From: Prorocentrum cordatum
Lineage: Eukaryota
DNA: 64,000 nucleotides
NCBI GenBank assembly: GCA_963575745.1
Contig: CAUYUJ010000092.1
Span: 124,001-188,000, forward strand
Direction: 5' to 3'
The position numbers were made by a program, and so were the translations under genes. The number at the start of each line of letters is the position of its first letter. The first letter of the stretch is position 1. Under the pieces are notes generated by a model. The model had not been told where the DNA came from. It made no database searches and saw nothing but the letters and a program-made list of their open reading frames with translations. This document shows positions 1 through 23,872 of this stretch, in pieces.

Positions 1-136
1 CCCCCGCTCCTGTTGACAGTGGGTTCTCTCGTGCGTGGGCTGAGGCGGTGGTGTTAGTTTCTCGTATTGCCGTTCTCAAGTATCTTTCTTTCGCTCCCCC
101 TCCCGTGAGGACCATCGCAGGCCTTACCAGTGAGGA
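1..136. repeat. Dispersed repeat copy (second copy at 1466-1596)
   Basis: cccccgctcctgttgacagtggg...accatcgcaggccttaccagtgaggac recurs, diverged, at 1466-1596. Confidence 0.8.
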
Positions 137-1267
137 CCGCCATGAGGTCTCACACCCTCCACAGCTTCCATCGGGGCGACGGGGGCAAATCCCCACGACC
201 CTGGCACTGTACGTGCAGTGATGGGTGTGGCGGCCGGTCTTCCCATCCCACCATATAGGAAGCGTGAAGTCCTTGAAGACGGGACGGGGTTGGCACGAGT
301 GGGCATCATAGCCGGTTCAAAATCGAAAAAGGCATCATAGCCTCATCAGTTACCGTTCTCATTGGCAGTAATTTCTCCCCTAACATCAAGCCCTCCCCGA
401 ATGGACCGTGAACGGGACTCAATCCCCGGCTGGTCGTCTTGTGCCGCTAGCATAGGCAACCAAATAGCCATCATATGCCTTGCCAGTGGTGATCGTTCTT
501 TTATTATTATTTTTTGCTTTCGGCGGAACCCCCCGCCCCCCCCCCCCCCGTAGAGAAGTTATGGGCTGATTTTGGCACCTGCTTCAGTCGATCGGACGAA
601 CTACGGGGGCCGGCGCCCCCCCCCCCCCGTAGAAACTCGAATCGCTGATGTGTGCAACTGTGCGATATTTTTCCTGCTATTCTTCTGGAACCATAACGAA
701 AGGGCTCAGGGGCGCCGGACCCGATCGCCAAAAAGCATGCCTCCGGTTGGGCCCTCCCCTGTTATGCCACCGACGGCCTTGTGGAATCATGAATATGTGA
801 TCCATAGTAATCCTGGCACAGCCCCGCACAATCACGCATAGCCTTGGCGCAGCCCCGCGCAGCCTCTGCGCGATTCCCCCATGGGGGGTCCCCCAAAGGA
901 TTCCCTCATCGGCATCTCCCACAGGATTCCCCCATAGGCTTCCCCCATGGGCTTCCCCCATCGGATTCCCTCATAGGCTTCCCCCATCGTATTGTAATTG
1001 TTAGAACGAGTTTGTTTACCAGTTTCACGCCTCATGAGGCTCAAATGTTGAATTTTAAGCTATGTTGAAAATTTCAAGATGATTCAATCGGAGGTATTGA
1101 CTACGGGACGAGAGCCGGACCCCCCCCCCCCCCTCCCCCCCTTGCGCCAAATGACGAAACCCAGAATACATAAACGCTCACGTGACGACCACCATAAGGC
1201 CTCACGCCCTCCGCAACTCCCATCATCACAGGGGCCGAGGGAGCAAATCCCCACGAAGACGTCACCA

Positions 1268-4070
1268 GAGGACGTTTTCGGCGACGACGACCACGATTGG
1301 GAACAACAATACGAGTGGGCGCAGCAACACGGATACGGGGGGGTGCGTCAGTGGGTTTCGTGCCGCCCCTTGAAGGCCTTTCCAGGGGGGCTAGGAGCGA
1401 GACGTTCTACGGGAGCGTGACGCCGCGAGGTTGCGGCGAGTGCGGCGTGAATCCCCGCCTGTAGAACCCCCGCTCCTGTTGATAGTGGGTTTTCTCGTGC
1501 ATGGGTCGGGGCAGTGGTAATATTTTTAGTCAACCCTTTTTCTGGTAGTTTTCTCCCCCCCTGTTGAAGACCATCGCAGGCCTTACCAGTGAGGACTTTC
1601 CCCTGGACCGCGCACGTGCCGCCGGCCATGATTAGCACACACCCCTCTTGGACGCCCCCCTCTTGGCCGCCCTCGCCTCTCCTCCTCGAACCTGTCGTGG
1701 AACAGCCCAGAGCGGCGGCCGCGCCCGAGGCCCCCGGCAAGGGCAGCCTGAGCCCTGCCTGCCAGTCTCCCGCGGGGAGGCGGCCCCCCGTCGGCTGGCG
1801 GGCGGAGTCCCAGCGCCCGCGCGCAGGGGCGCATCGGTCTTGCGGGAGGAGGAGGAGGAGGAGGAGGAGGAGGAGGAGGAGGAGGAAGAGGAGGAGGAGG
1901 ACGACGCGATGAGCTGAATGCGGAAAACGGGGAGCATCAGGACGACGAGGAGCACGAGGAGTTTCAGGACGAGGAGGAGGGATGAGGGAGACGGGAAGGA
2001 GGAAGAGGAGGAGGAGGAGGAGGAGGAGGAGGAGGAGGAGGAGAACGAGGAAACGGAAGAGGATAATGAGGTTTAGTATAGTACGAGGTAGGATGAGGAG
2101 GACGAGGCGGATCAGGAGGACACGGTGGAAGGATGGGAGCAGGATGAGGAGGAGGAGGAAGAGGAGGAATGAGGAAGGGGACATGACGGAGGAGAGGGAC
2201 GGGAAAGCGGAGGAGGAGGAGGAGGAGGAGAACGATCAAATGGAGGAGGATAATGAGGAGGAACATCTTACGAGGTAGGATGATGAGGACGAGGAGGATC
2301 AGGAGGACACAGAGGAAGGGTGGGAGCAGGAGGAGGAGGGAGGAGGAGGAGGAGGGAGGAGGGAGGAGGGAGGAGGGGAGGGAGGAGGGGAGGAGGAGGA
2401 GGAGGAGGAGGAGGAGGAGGAGGAGGAGGAGGAGGAGAAGAATAATAAGAAAAAGAAGAAGAAGGAGGAGGAGGAGGAGGAGGAGGAGGAAGGGGAGCAG
2501 GACCAGAGTAAACCCAAGACGCGCCACCGATGTCTCAATACACCCTCCCCTCCCAGGTCCCCTTCTCACAGAAAACGTACACGCGTGTCTGCACCTTCGA
2601 GAAAGACCGGCACCATCCATGGGCCTGCCATTTCGGCGAGAGCCCCGTCTTAAAAAGGGAGTCGCCCTGCATCCTTCGAGCGAGTGGGGAGGAACGCGAA
2701 CAGGTTTGCCTATATAGCTCAGCGAGCTACCCAGCGAGACCCCCGTTCAGGCAAAGAGCCGCCCCCTATCTGTGCAAGTGTTGCTTAAGGTTGCAGCTCT
2801 GTCCACGAACTTCGATGAAGTTCTCCAGAAGTCATCGAGTCCTTTCACCTTCGAGGAAGTATTCGGCGAGAGCCCCCATTTGGAAGAGGAGCGGAGCCAG
2901 CCTCCACCCGCGCAGCCGTGACATGTGTTCAAGAATCTGGTCTTCGAGATCAGGAAGTGCAGCGGAAACTCGTGCCACGAAGCACACTGCTTGCTTCCAG
3001 GGTGCCCTGGATCTCTTGGATTTCGGTGGTCTTGCTGTAGACAGAGTGACGCTCCCACACCAAGAATGAAGGGACATCCTGGGGTCTCAAGGTCGGGTTT
3101 CTTGTCGAAGCATTATTGTGGTCGAACTCCTACTGTATCAAGCAATAGCCCCATTTCGAAAAGGAGCCATCCCCCATTCCCGTAACTGCTCGAACTGCTA
3201 TTACGAATATACGCAGCGTCAAAGCGAGTGCCCCATTTTGACAAGGCCCCCCCACCTGTGGATCCTTGCAACGGTTACCAGTTTTTAAACCGAATGCTCG
3301 CGGCGATAAGGCGAGAGTCACATTTTGAAAATCACTATTCCTCCACCCGTGCAAGTGTTGCAACTGTCAACAAACGAGCGTGCGCCGCGCTGTGGCGAGG
3401 GAGGGGGGCTCGAGGAGACTTTGGGACTGCAGCGAGCTCGCGCCCATAGCATGCGTCAGGTCGGGCCAATCCGCCCGCAGGTGCCTGCCAGACGAAAAGA
3501 ACGTCGTGCGGGTAAAGCACCTCGCAGAATGGGAACCTGGGGACCCTCCGAGATCTGTGACGCCAGCGTTAAACCGTAGACGGGCTAACGGCGATGCAGA
3601 TAACGGCGACGTAGGTTTTGGTTTTGTAGGAACTCGCGGCTCGTGCTTTCCTACAATGCGCTGTCGTTTTCGTTCGATACATCCGCAGATCGGACATGTA
3701 GGAAAGTGTGGTTCGTGATTTCCTACAGTTCGGTTTCCAACATCGCCGTGAAGCAACAGCGCCGTTAGCGTGGCCTTGGTTAGAGGAGGAGGCTCGAGGA
3801 GAGGGAGAAAGGACGAGGAGAGAGAAGGCGCACAGAGGAGGCGGGCGATAGAGAGAGAGAGGAGGAATGAAGACGAGGAGGAGGAGGAGGCGTAGGCGTA
3901 GGGAGGTTCTCCTCCTCCCCTCCTAGGCGCCACGCCTAGGAGGGGAGGAGGAGGAGCAGAAGCAGGAATAGAAGGATGAGGAAAAATGTGGCAGGAGGAA
4001 GAGGAGGAGGAGGAGGAGGAGGAGGAGGAGGAGGAGGAGGAGGAGGAGGAGGAGGAGGCGGACGAGGACA

Positions 4071-4129
<59 letters not shown>

Positions 4130-7100
4130 AGCAGCAGCAGGGCCTCTCGCGCGGGCGCCGGGAATCTGCCCGCCGCCCCCAGCGCCCCGGCAGCCCGCCC
4201 GGCTCCGCGCGGCGGTCCGAGCGCGAGCCGGCCACCGCGCAGCCCAGCGCCGCGGCGTACAGCTCGGCTCCGCGGCAGCGGGGGGCCGGGTGGGACCCCG
4301 GGTGAGAGGGCCCGGCTAGTTGCAGGGCCCCACAACCCTTAGATCGGGGGCGGAAAAGAGGGGGGTGATGACTAGGGGGGGGTGGATATCATGGCGTGGG
4401 CCATGATATTTCCCCAGATTTCATGGTGCCTCTTCTTATTTCATTACGTCCCTGGCCCCCCCGCTGGGTCGCGCACATGCCGCCGGTCATGATTTGCACC
4501 CCCCCCTCTTGGACACCCCCCTCTTTGCCGCCCCCGACTAGATTGGCCAGGATCACTAAACCAGGTCTGCCGTAGCTGGCGTTCTTTTTGTTGGGGGGGG
4601 TGACGGCGGTTCCGATTAGTGGAACGGGGCGGGGGGGGGCCAGTACACATCACTAAACCAGGTCCCATTAGACCCAGTTCTGCCGACGCCCGAGGGGGCC
4701 GGGCTGCAGTTCGTTCGGTAGCAATCTAGGCCTCCTAGATGGGGTCGGAGTAGATGGGGTTGAAGGATCGCTCCGCATAGCCGATATGCATCGCCGATGC
4801 ATCGGCGATGCATCGGCGATGTGGGGCCCTATTTTTTCCACGCCGACGTCGCCGATGCACCGCCGACTTCGCCAGCGCATCGCCGACGTATCCGCGAGAT
4901 CATCCGACCCCATCTGCTCGGACCCTATCTGGGAGGCCTCTTAAGCAAGCCATGCGAGCCGCGCGTGTCCTTGCACTCTCGGGCTCGAGAGTGCACCAGC
5001 GTCGATAGGCGTCTGGTCATCGATGGGATAGCGGCGATTTGGCGTCGACTAGCGTCGAGCAGCGTCGATGTATGGTCGATGAGCATCCGTTAGCGCCGAT
5101 TCGCAAGAGCCAGCTAGATGATACGGGAGATTCCCATGAATTGCCACGGGGGGCCGGGGCTCCAGATATCGCAGGCGACTCCTCCCCGCCCCGGAAGTCA
5201 GGCCGCTCCGAGAAGGAGTTAATCTTGGGGATGCCCCCCAGGGGGGCTGGCCAGACGGATCCCTGTGGAGGATGGGCGCCCCCCCGCCGTATATCCCCGG
5301 GTTTGGCAGTTTGTGGTTGTCCAGTCGCAGGGTCGGTGATTGGCGTCGGCATATCGCCCCGGTAAGACATCGCTCCAGGGGGACCATGGAAGCGACTACT
5401 GCCGAAGAGAGCGCGAGCGCACAGAACGGTCCCGGCCCCTCAGAACAGAGGTGCTTCCGCGGCAGCCCCGGCCGCATGTCTGGATCGGCGCCTGCCCCCG
5501 TCGCTCAGACTGGCTCTCTCGCCACAGCGCGGGCCACACTTCTGGATAGGAGCGCACAGAACGGTTCTGGCCCCTCAGAACAGAGGTGCTTCCGCTGCAG
5601 CCCTGGCCGCATTTCTGTGGATCGGCGCCTGCCCCCGTCGCTCAGACCGGCTCTCTCGCCCCAGCGCGGGCCACACTTCTGGAGATGATTCACGTCTCGT
5701 CGTTGCCGCCCCTCTCCTTTTTCCTTCCCCCGGGTTCACCTGGTCTTGCTGCTCTTCCCGCTCCCCCCCCCTTCCTCGTCGTCCTCGTCTCCCTCTCACT
5801 CATCATCCTGCTCATCCGCCTCCTTGTCCTCCTCCTCCTCCTCCTCCTCCTCCTCCTCTTCCAATGTACAAGCGCTCCTTCTTCTGATTGCGCCTTGCAC
5901 GATTGGGTCAAAGGGGTACGGATGTCCTCTGAGACACACAAGCCAGCGGGTGTAAACATAGATTCGGCGCAACTTGTAAGAGATGGGTGGGTGGCTGGGG
6001 TCTGCTGTCAGATGTGTCGCGAGCGCGCACACCCTGTCTCTCAAACAGTGGCGAAGCGTCTTGGCTCGCCTATAGGCCTACCAAACAAAGTTCTAAGAAC
6101 CTTTTGTGGATTATACGAAATGTTCTTAGAACATGTATGGCTGGGACTGGCTTGTTTGAACACATCGGTATAAACTATGTTCTAAGAACCTTATTTTTGT
6201 TCTTAGAACATTGATGGGTTCTAGGAACGTTTCTTGGCAGGCTTGTAGGAATGCCAGGACGGTCGGTCCCTGCTCAAACCCTCCCCTCCCGCCTCGGAGA
6301 TGGGGAGGAGGCGATGATGGAGGGGAGGGAGGGAGGGAGGGAGGGAGGGAGGGAGGGAGGGAGGGAGGGGGGGAGACGGGGAGGGAGGGAACAAGAGGAG
6401 GAGGAGGAGGAGGAGGAGGAGGGAGGAGGAGGAATCCGTGCGGAGCGCTCCCCTCCCCGTCGCCGCTGCCGCGGAGCCGGACGTCCCAACCATGCGCCGC
6501 CAGTTTTTGCTGCCGACGCCGCCCCTGCAGGAGGCTGCGACGCCGAGGCCGAAGGTCCGGGCCTCTCTCCCTGAGGAGGAGGAGGACGAGGAGGAGGAGG
6601 AGGAGGAGGAGGAGGAGGAGGAGGAGGAGGGAGGAGGAGGAGGAGGAGGAGGAGGAGGAGGAGGAGGAGGAGGAGGAGGAGGAGGAGGAGGAGGAGGAGG
6701 AGGAGGAGGAGGAGGAGGAGGAGGAGGAGGAGGAGGAGGAGGAGGAGGAGGAGGAGGAGGAGGGGGAGGAGGAGGAGGAGGAGGAGGAGGAGGAGGAGGA
6801 GGAGGAGGAGGAGGCGGACGAAGACGAGGAGGGAGGGATATCAGCTGCCCTGACACGCCCATGCTGAAACGCAGCACGCAGCGTGTTCAAAACGTCTGGC
6901 TCCTGTGCTCTGCGCTTCGCCGGGTGTGCCGAGGCCACCGTCGACTAGAGCTGAGGAGGCGAGAGACGGGATGGGGGGAGAGAAGGAGCTCCCCCGCTTG
7001 GGATCCTCTGTCACCTTCTGGGCCGCAGCTGCTCGGGGGTGCCGGGGTCGGCCGCTCCGCGCGCCGACGCCTGCTCGAGGAGCCAGCGGATCAGTGGGAG

Positions 7101-7510
7101 GCCGAGGAGGAGGCTGAGGAACGACGAGGGGGAGGAGGAGGAGGCCAGGAGGCCAGGAGGCAAGGAGGAGGACGAGGAGGACGACGTGGAGGAGGAGGAG
7201 GACGACGTGGAGGAGGATCCGATCGGATCGGATCGGAGGAGTTCTGGCGCCTGCTGGACAACTCGCTAGCGAAACGACGAGGAAGGGGGCGATGAAGATG
7301 AGGGGGAGGACGTGGAGGAGGAGGAGGAGGATGAAGGGCGTACAGGAGTTGCAGGTGCCGCGGCCGCCCCGTCAGCAGCAGCAGCAGCAGCAGCCGTCGG
7401 AGAAGCTGCCGGCGGAGAAGCTGCGCTCCATGCCACCGCTTGCGGCCCAGGCGTTGGCATCCCTCGGGCCAGGACAGCAGGTGCGCGTGCGGCAGATCCT
7501 GGCGACCTGA
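1268..7510 (+). CDS. Possible multi-exon host gene of unknown function (exon structure unresolved)
   Basis: Short GC3-rich, coding-like islands between repeats: EDVFGDDDHDWEQQYEWAQQH (~1268-1330), LLEPVVEQPRAAAAPEAPG (~1680-1745), ~4140-4290, VRSAPLPVAAAAEPDVPTMRRQFLLP (~6438-6560), EEFWRLLDNSL (~7236-7268), and ELQVPRPPRQQQ...RVRQILAT* (to 7510). No recognisable domain. Confidence 0.3.
1466..1596. repeat. Dispersed repeat copy (same family as 1-136)
   Basis: ccccgctcctgttgatagtggg...accatcgcaggccttaccagtgaggac. Confidence 0.8.
1846..2500. repeat. Degenerate (GAG)n microsatellite with an internal ~190-bp duplication
   Basis: GAG runs; tacgaggtaggatga..gatcaggaggacac..ggaagg.tgggagcagg occurs at ~2082 and ~2269. 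Confidence 0.9.
4344..4537. mobile_element. MITE with TCGGGG...CCCCGA terminal inverted repeats
   Basis: Left tcgggggcggaaaagagggggg, right cccccctctttgccgcccccga; flanks ttaga/ctaga (possible 5-bp TSD); the right half resembles 1601-1675. Confidence 0.7.
4727..4943. mobile_element. MITE family with internal gcatcgccgat repeats (second copy 24497-24751)
   Basis: TIR taggcctcctagatggggtcggag / ctcggaccctatctgggaggcct; homologous copy at 24497. Confidence 0.75.
5416..5682. repeat. Tandem duplication, ~135-bp unit x2
   Basis: agcgcacagaacgg...cagcgcgggccacacttctgga at 5416 and 5551. Confidence 0.9.
6071..6247. mobile_element. AT-richer TIR mini-element with internal gttctaagaac/gttcttagaac palindromes
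   Basis: tataggcctaccaaacaaagttctaagaacc vs ggttctaggaacgtttcttggcaggcttgta (inverted). Confidence 0.6.
6310..6835. repeat. (GGGA)n and long (GAG)n microsatellites
   Basis: Nearly pure GAG run 6572-6815. Confidence 0.9.
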
Positions 7511-8059
7511 TCGCAGCGGGAGGAAGAGGAGGAGTAGGAGGAAGAGGAGGAGGAGGAGGAGGAAAGACGAGGGAGCAGGAGAAGGAGGCGAAGCAAGGAA
7601 GAGGGAGCAGGAGGAGAAGGGGAAGGGCGGAGCATAAGGACGGGAGGGATGAGCAGGAGGAGGAGGAGGAGGAGAAAATGGAGGAAGGGAAGGAGGACGA
7701 GAAGGAGGGGGAGGAGTTGGAGGACAATGGTGACGAGGACGAGGGCGAGGAGGATTCCAGGCGCGGGCGAGGACACAAGGGGAAACGCAGGAGGGAAGCA
7801 GAGAGTGAAGGAGGAGGAGGAGGAGGAGGGCACAACATGTCCACCATTGGCTGTCGCTCCTCGTCCTGGCGGCGGGCGGCGGTCGTGGCTGGCAGGTGAA
7901 CGGGCGCCGCGCTATGTCTATTTGCAGCCACGGGTAAGTCTCGAAGCGCGCTGAGCGTTGAAACGATTGTTGAGTCTCTTCCTCCTTTCTCCCTGCCCAC
8001 TCCCTTTCTCCCACCCTCCTCACTACATTCCTCCTCCTAGTCCCCTCATCCTCGCCCCC

Positions 8060-8970
8060 CTCCTTCACCATCATCCTCAGCCTCATCATCATCATCAGCA
8101 GCAGCAGCAGCATCATCATCATAATCAGCATCATCACCATCGTCATCATCATCATCATCATCATCATCAGCATCATCATTATCAGCATCATCAACACCAT
8201 CATCACCTACAGCATCTTCACCCCCATCACCATCACCCTCATCAGCATCAGCAGAAGCATCATCGTCGTCAGCATCGTCGTCACCATCGTCATACTCAGC
8301 ATCGTCACCACCGTCATCATCATCAACACCATCAGCATGATGATCAGCATCCTAATCATTATCCCCATTAGCACCATCATCAAAATCATCATCACAATCA
8401 CCATCATCAGTATCATGATCAATATCAGCACCATCATCAACATCATCATTTCCATCACAATCACCACCGCCGTCATCATAGCCATCACCATCACCATCAT
8501 CATCGTCATCATGATCAGCATCATCACAATCAGCATCATCATCATCAACATCATCATCAACACCATCAGCATCAGCAGCAGCATCATCATCAGTATCGCC
8601 ATCATCATCATCAGCATCATCAGCATTAACAGCATCATTAGCATCAGCATCATAATCACCACCATCCTATCACCATCATCGTCATCATCATCATCATCAT
8701 CATCATCATCAGCATCATCATCGTCATCGTCATCGTCATCGACATCTTTATCGTCATCAGCGTCACCTTCATCGTCATCGTCATCGTCGACGTCACCGTC
8801 ATCGGCTTCGTCGTCGTCTGCCCTCCGTATCCTCCTCCTACTCCTCCTTCTTATCCTCCTCCTCCTCCTCCTTCTCCTGCTCCTCCTCTCTGCTGCCTCC
8901 CTCATCACCCGCTCCTCATCATAATCAGCCTCTTCCTGTTCCTCGCCCTCCTCCTCCTCCTCCTCCTCCT
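8060..8970. repeat. (CAT/CAG)n then (CCT)n degenerate microsatellite
   Basis: Direct reading; source of the poly-His/Ile/Met ORFs. Confidence 0.9.
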
Positions 8971-10688
8971 CCCACTCCGAGTTTCTCCAGACACCAGGCG
9001 CGCGAAGTGCCGACGGAGGCGGTGCGCCAGGCGATTGGCGATGGCATCGGCGCTTGCCACGGCGGCGCTTGACAACCGCAGCGCGGCTGCTCGTAAGAGT
9101 GACCCTTCGCCAGAGTGTCCCTTGGTGCGGGCCCAAACGTGGCAGAGGTAGGCGATGTAGTTTTGGAGGTTGGGCCCGTGTCGCGTCGGCGCGCGCAGCG
9201 TGGCTGCGGCAGCCTGGCGGGATTCCCTCGAAGAGTTCAGGCCGAACGTGTGCACCGAGCCTGGCGATTGACGCCCAAAGGCGGCGTGAGTGGAAATCCC
9301 CCGGCACAATGTTGCCTGATCGTTCTGTGTTGTCCACCGCGGCTGGGCCATCGAGGCCAACAAGTGGAGCACCAGGGGCAGCGATAGGAGTGGATATTTA
9401 GGCTCAGGGGGGGCGCATCGACCCCCAAACGCCTTCTCATCGCCGATCGGGGCCTGATAGCCCACCCCGCCCAGGCACGCGCGGTTTCGCAATCGAGGGC
9501 CGATCACCGATCTATCGGAGATGTACGGCCGACTCTTGCTCGATGTTTCCCCTCCTGTGCTGTCCTCCCAATCGGTGTCCCTCATTGTTCTGTATTGTCC
9601 ACCACAGCTGGGCCAATAGAGACCAATGGGTGGAGCATGGTATGACAGTATGTGTTTCCTCGTTGCTCTTCTTCTGTGCGAAGCATTGTCCTATCAATGT
9701 GACTGCTCGCGTTTGGAAAGCACTGCTAATGCAGAGCGGGCGAGTCCAACGGTCCCCAGGGATGGCCAGGTCACCCATCCGTGAAAGAAATGTGGATTGT
9801 TGGCAAACGCTTCATGGTGATAGTTAGCACGGATCTTTCGTCACTTCGGCCGATTTGTGTCGCGAGTTCAGTCTCTGCTTCCCGTCGTTTTCCCCCAACC
9901 CCAGCAGTTGCGGATAAGAGTGGGGGGGGGCGCTTGGTACGTTTTGCCAGGGCATGTCGGCCAACGAACGCATCGCAGTGTGCAGTGGGGGCGTTTGTCA
10001 AGGAACGTGCCCAGGAGGCTTCAAACCCTGGAAAGTTCCTTGCTTGATGAGGACGGCGGTGATGTCCATGGCTACGCCTCGATTGGTGTTTCACCGGCTT
10101 TCACACCCTGGATTCTGTACCCAAGGGTTCTGAATCCAAAGCCCTCACCGTAGCGGGTCGTCGGAGAGTCGCGCGGTTGGGGTCTGCGAAGCAGTCCGCC
10201 GTTGGCGCCGATTCCGTCCCAAGCAACAAGGCCAGGCCGTCGACGGGCGTGGGCGCGCAGCGATGCTCTCCAGAGCCCATGCGAAACAGCCCGACGAGGG
10301 CATACAGTGAGCGGCTTGAATAAGGAACACTTGCTTTTCAAAAGGGGCTCGGTCGTTCCTTGGGTTTCCATGCGTTTTTTTACCGTTCCTTATGCGTTAT
10401 GTGTTATTTATCGTTCCTTATGCGTTATTCCTTGGGATAAAAAAGGTGTTTCGTTCCTTATTTATCGTTCCTTAGGTCAGGCCGATGACTGTAGATCTTC
10501 GGTCTGATCGACAGATCGGCGGGGGGAGCAGGCGGAGCCCCCAGCCCTGGGTGCTCCAGGCCTGTCGCTCCCTCTTGGAGCATCTCTGGGGCCCCCCCTG
10601 GGCCTCGTGATGGGGTGCCCTGGAGGCCGCGAGGGCCTCCCTAGAGATCCTGGGGGCACTCTGGGCCGGGGGCATGTCCAGCAACACT

Positions 10689-10857
10689 TGGCGGCGTGCA
10701 GAGGGGGGTAGGGGGAGGGGGGAAGGCTTCTTAGAAGCACCCCTGCTTCTTAGAAGGCGCGGGCCTTCTCTATAGACGTAAGGCCGAGGCCTTCTAAGAA
10801 GCAGGGTGCTTCTAAAAAGCCTTCCCCCCTCCCCCTACCCCCCTCTGCGCGCCGCCA
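10689..10857. mobile_element. Foldback (long hairpin) element
   Basis: tggcggcgtgcagaggggggtagggggaggggggaaggcttcttagaagcacccctgcttcttagaaggc pairs with gccttctaagaagcagggtgcttctaaaaagccttcccccctccccctacccccctctgcgcgccgcca. Confidence 0.8.
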
Positions 10858-12143
10858 GAACACCCGAAGGGAGGGTGGGTGGGTTCGGGGGGAAGGGTGG
10901 AGGTCGAAGGCATGTCGCAGGGGAGCCGCGCTGCGGAGCGCTGGCGGATCGCAGGGCGGGTCATGGGCGGATGGTTCGTGGGTCGGATCGCGGTTGGGTC
11001 CCAGATGCGTGCTCTCACGAGCGGTGTCAGTTGGTTTGACAGGTCCCCCTGCTCGCAGTGGCGGCGGTGGTTGGCCTGCTCGTAGTAGCGGTTGCAGTTG
11101 CCCTGATTGCACCACAATTCTTTCAGGTGTTGATCTCGTCCTATGGCGATGTGATGCGCTGCGCCTAGCTTCGTCTGGCTCAGGTGGCGCGCGTGGGCGG
11201 GCCTGCCCTTTCCGCGGGTCCCGAACGACGCTCGCCCAGAGGTTGTGGGCCCCAGGTCTCGTTGCGGTTGGGGCCGAAGTCCTTCTAGCTGAAGAATGAT
11301 GGGCTTGTTTTTCACCACAACCACCACCACCATAAGCTTGAGGGGAGAAGGAGGTGGAAGATGAGGAGGAGGTGGAGGAGGAGGAGGAGGAAGAAGAAGA
11401 AGAAGAGGAGGAAGAGGAGGAGGACCCCCTCCTACTTATGGTGGTGGTGCTGGAAAACAAGCCCACCAAAGAAGGACACCGCCGCGCGCTGCGGAAGCGC
11501 GCCCTGCTGGTGTCAGGCCGTGACTGTTGGCTCGAGGTGCGTCGCGTGCGCCGAGTTCGCCACGGCGCGGCGGCAGGTGCCACGCCCAGGCGCCGCCGCG
11601 ACCACACTTGCGCGGTGGAGAGGCGTTCTCGGGCGATCACGCTTTTCCTCCTCACCGTACTCCGCCTCCTCTTCCTCCTCCTCCTCCTCCTCCTCCGCCT
11701 CCTCCTCCTCCGCCTCCTCTTCCTCCGCCTCCTCCGCCTCCTTCTCCTCCTCCGCCTCCTCCTCCGCCTCCTCAACCTGATCCTCACCTCATCCTCCTTT
11801 CATTCCGCGCGTCTACCCGCGCTCAAGGGACGCACCGTCGGGGTCAGAAGGGGGTGGTTCCACTAGCGCCCCCCCGAAAACAACTTGGCTTTGCCCGGCG
11901 ATGCCCCCACGCGATGATCTTAGTGCTCGATTTTTTTAAGGCAGTAAATGTTGCTTCTCGCGTGCTGACTCGAAATGGTCCCAAGAGTTGCTTGGTTTTG
12001 GTCTTCCTCCGTATCATCCCTCGTCCCTCGCTCCCTCGCCCGTTTTTCCACGTCGTTGTTGCTTGAAGATGGACCGACAGTTTCCGCCTCGCCTTTCCTC
12101 CTTGTGGGTTAGCACCCCCCGTGCATGCACGGGGTTGCCGCTA

Positions 12144-12144
<1 letters not shown>

Positions 12145-12216
<72 letters not shown>

Positions 12217-12972
12217 AGCATCATCATCATCGTAATCAGCATCGTCATCACCGTCAACATCAGCATCATCATCAGCATCAGCATCATCATCAGCATCAGC
12301 ATCACGATCATCATCATCGTCATCGTCATCATCATCATCAGCGTCATCATGATCATCATCATCATCAGCAGCATCAGCAGTATCATCAGCATCAGCATCA
12401 GCATCAGCAGCATCATCCGCATCAGCATTACGATCATCATCATCAGCAGTATCAGCATGGTCATCATCATCAGCAGCATCATCGTCATCATCGCTATCAT
12501 CATCATCATCATCATCAGCAGCAGCATCATCATCTGCACCATAATCATAAGCATCGCCGGCAGCATCATCAGCATCATTCAGCATCATCAAATCACCATC
12601 GTCATCATCCTCCTCTTCATCGTCATCATCTTCCTCAACATCACCATCGTCATCATCATCATCATCATCAGCAGCAGCATCATCATCATCATCATTATCA
12701 TCATCGTAATCAGCATCGTCATCACCGTCAACATCAGCATCATCATCAGCATCAGCATCATCATCAGCATCAGCATCACGATCATCATCATCATCATCAT
12801 CGTCATCATCAGCGTCATCATGATCATCATCGTCATCATCAGCAGCATCAGCAGTATCATCAGCATCAGCATCAGCATCAGCAGCATCATCCGCATCATC
12901 ATTACGATCATCATCATCATCAGCAGTATCAGCATGGTCATCATCATCAGCAGCATCATCGTCATCATCGCT

Positions 12973-13019
<47 letters not shown>

Positions 13020-13260
13020 TATCATCACCATCATCATCATCATCTGCACCATACTCATTAGCATCGCTGGCAGCATCATCAGCATCATTCAGCATCATCA
13101 CATCACCATCGTCATCATCCTCCTCCTCATCGTCATCATCATCCTCAACATCACCATCGTCATCATCAGCAGCACCATCATCATCATCAGCATCATCATC
13201 AACAACAACAACAACATCATCATCGATATCGGCATCGACATCGAGATCGGAATCAGCCTT
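12145..13260. repeat. (CAT/CAG)n microsatellite with a higher-order ~474-bp duplication
   Basis: cgtaatcagcatcgtcatcaccgtcaacatcagc at ~12231 and ~12705; agcatcattcagcatcatca at ~12571 and ~13081. Confidence 0.9.
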
Positions 13261-13465
13261 ACTCTCGGCGTCATCCCCTTGCTTTCCCTCCTCCTCCACC
13301 TCCGCCTCCTCCTCGTCCACATCCTCGTTGCCTTTTGCCTCCTTTGGCATGGCCTGAGCCGTTTGGCCTCGAGCCGTCGGGCTCGGTACCGGCACCCGCT
13401 CTCTGCAGGTGCACGGGTGGCCCCTCTTGGGGTGTGCCAGCACGTCTGCGGGCCCGTCGCGCGGG

Positions 13466-23845
<10,380 letters not shown>

Positions 23846-23872
23846 TCGCTCGGAAGAAGGAGACGCGACGCC

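Noticed and set aside
2500..3400. Non-repetitive stretch with short ORFs, possibly a decayed transposon gene
   Set aside because: No motif I can identify
7836..11650. Possible minus-strand multi-exon gene (e.g. RDQHLKELWCNQGNCNRYYEQ, FETYPWLQIDIARRPF)
   Set aside because: No recognisable domain or consistent splice chain, and it opposes the direction of the other host genes; cannot be supported without transcripts
11988..13330. Long poly-His/Ile/Asp/Met ORFs (also at 8-9, 31 and 45 kb) and poly-Glu/Arg/Gly ORFs
   Set aside because: Stop-free frames of CAT/CAG and GAG microsatellites; no domain content
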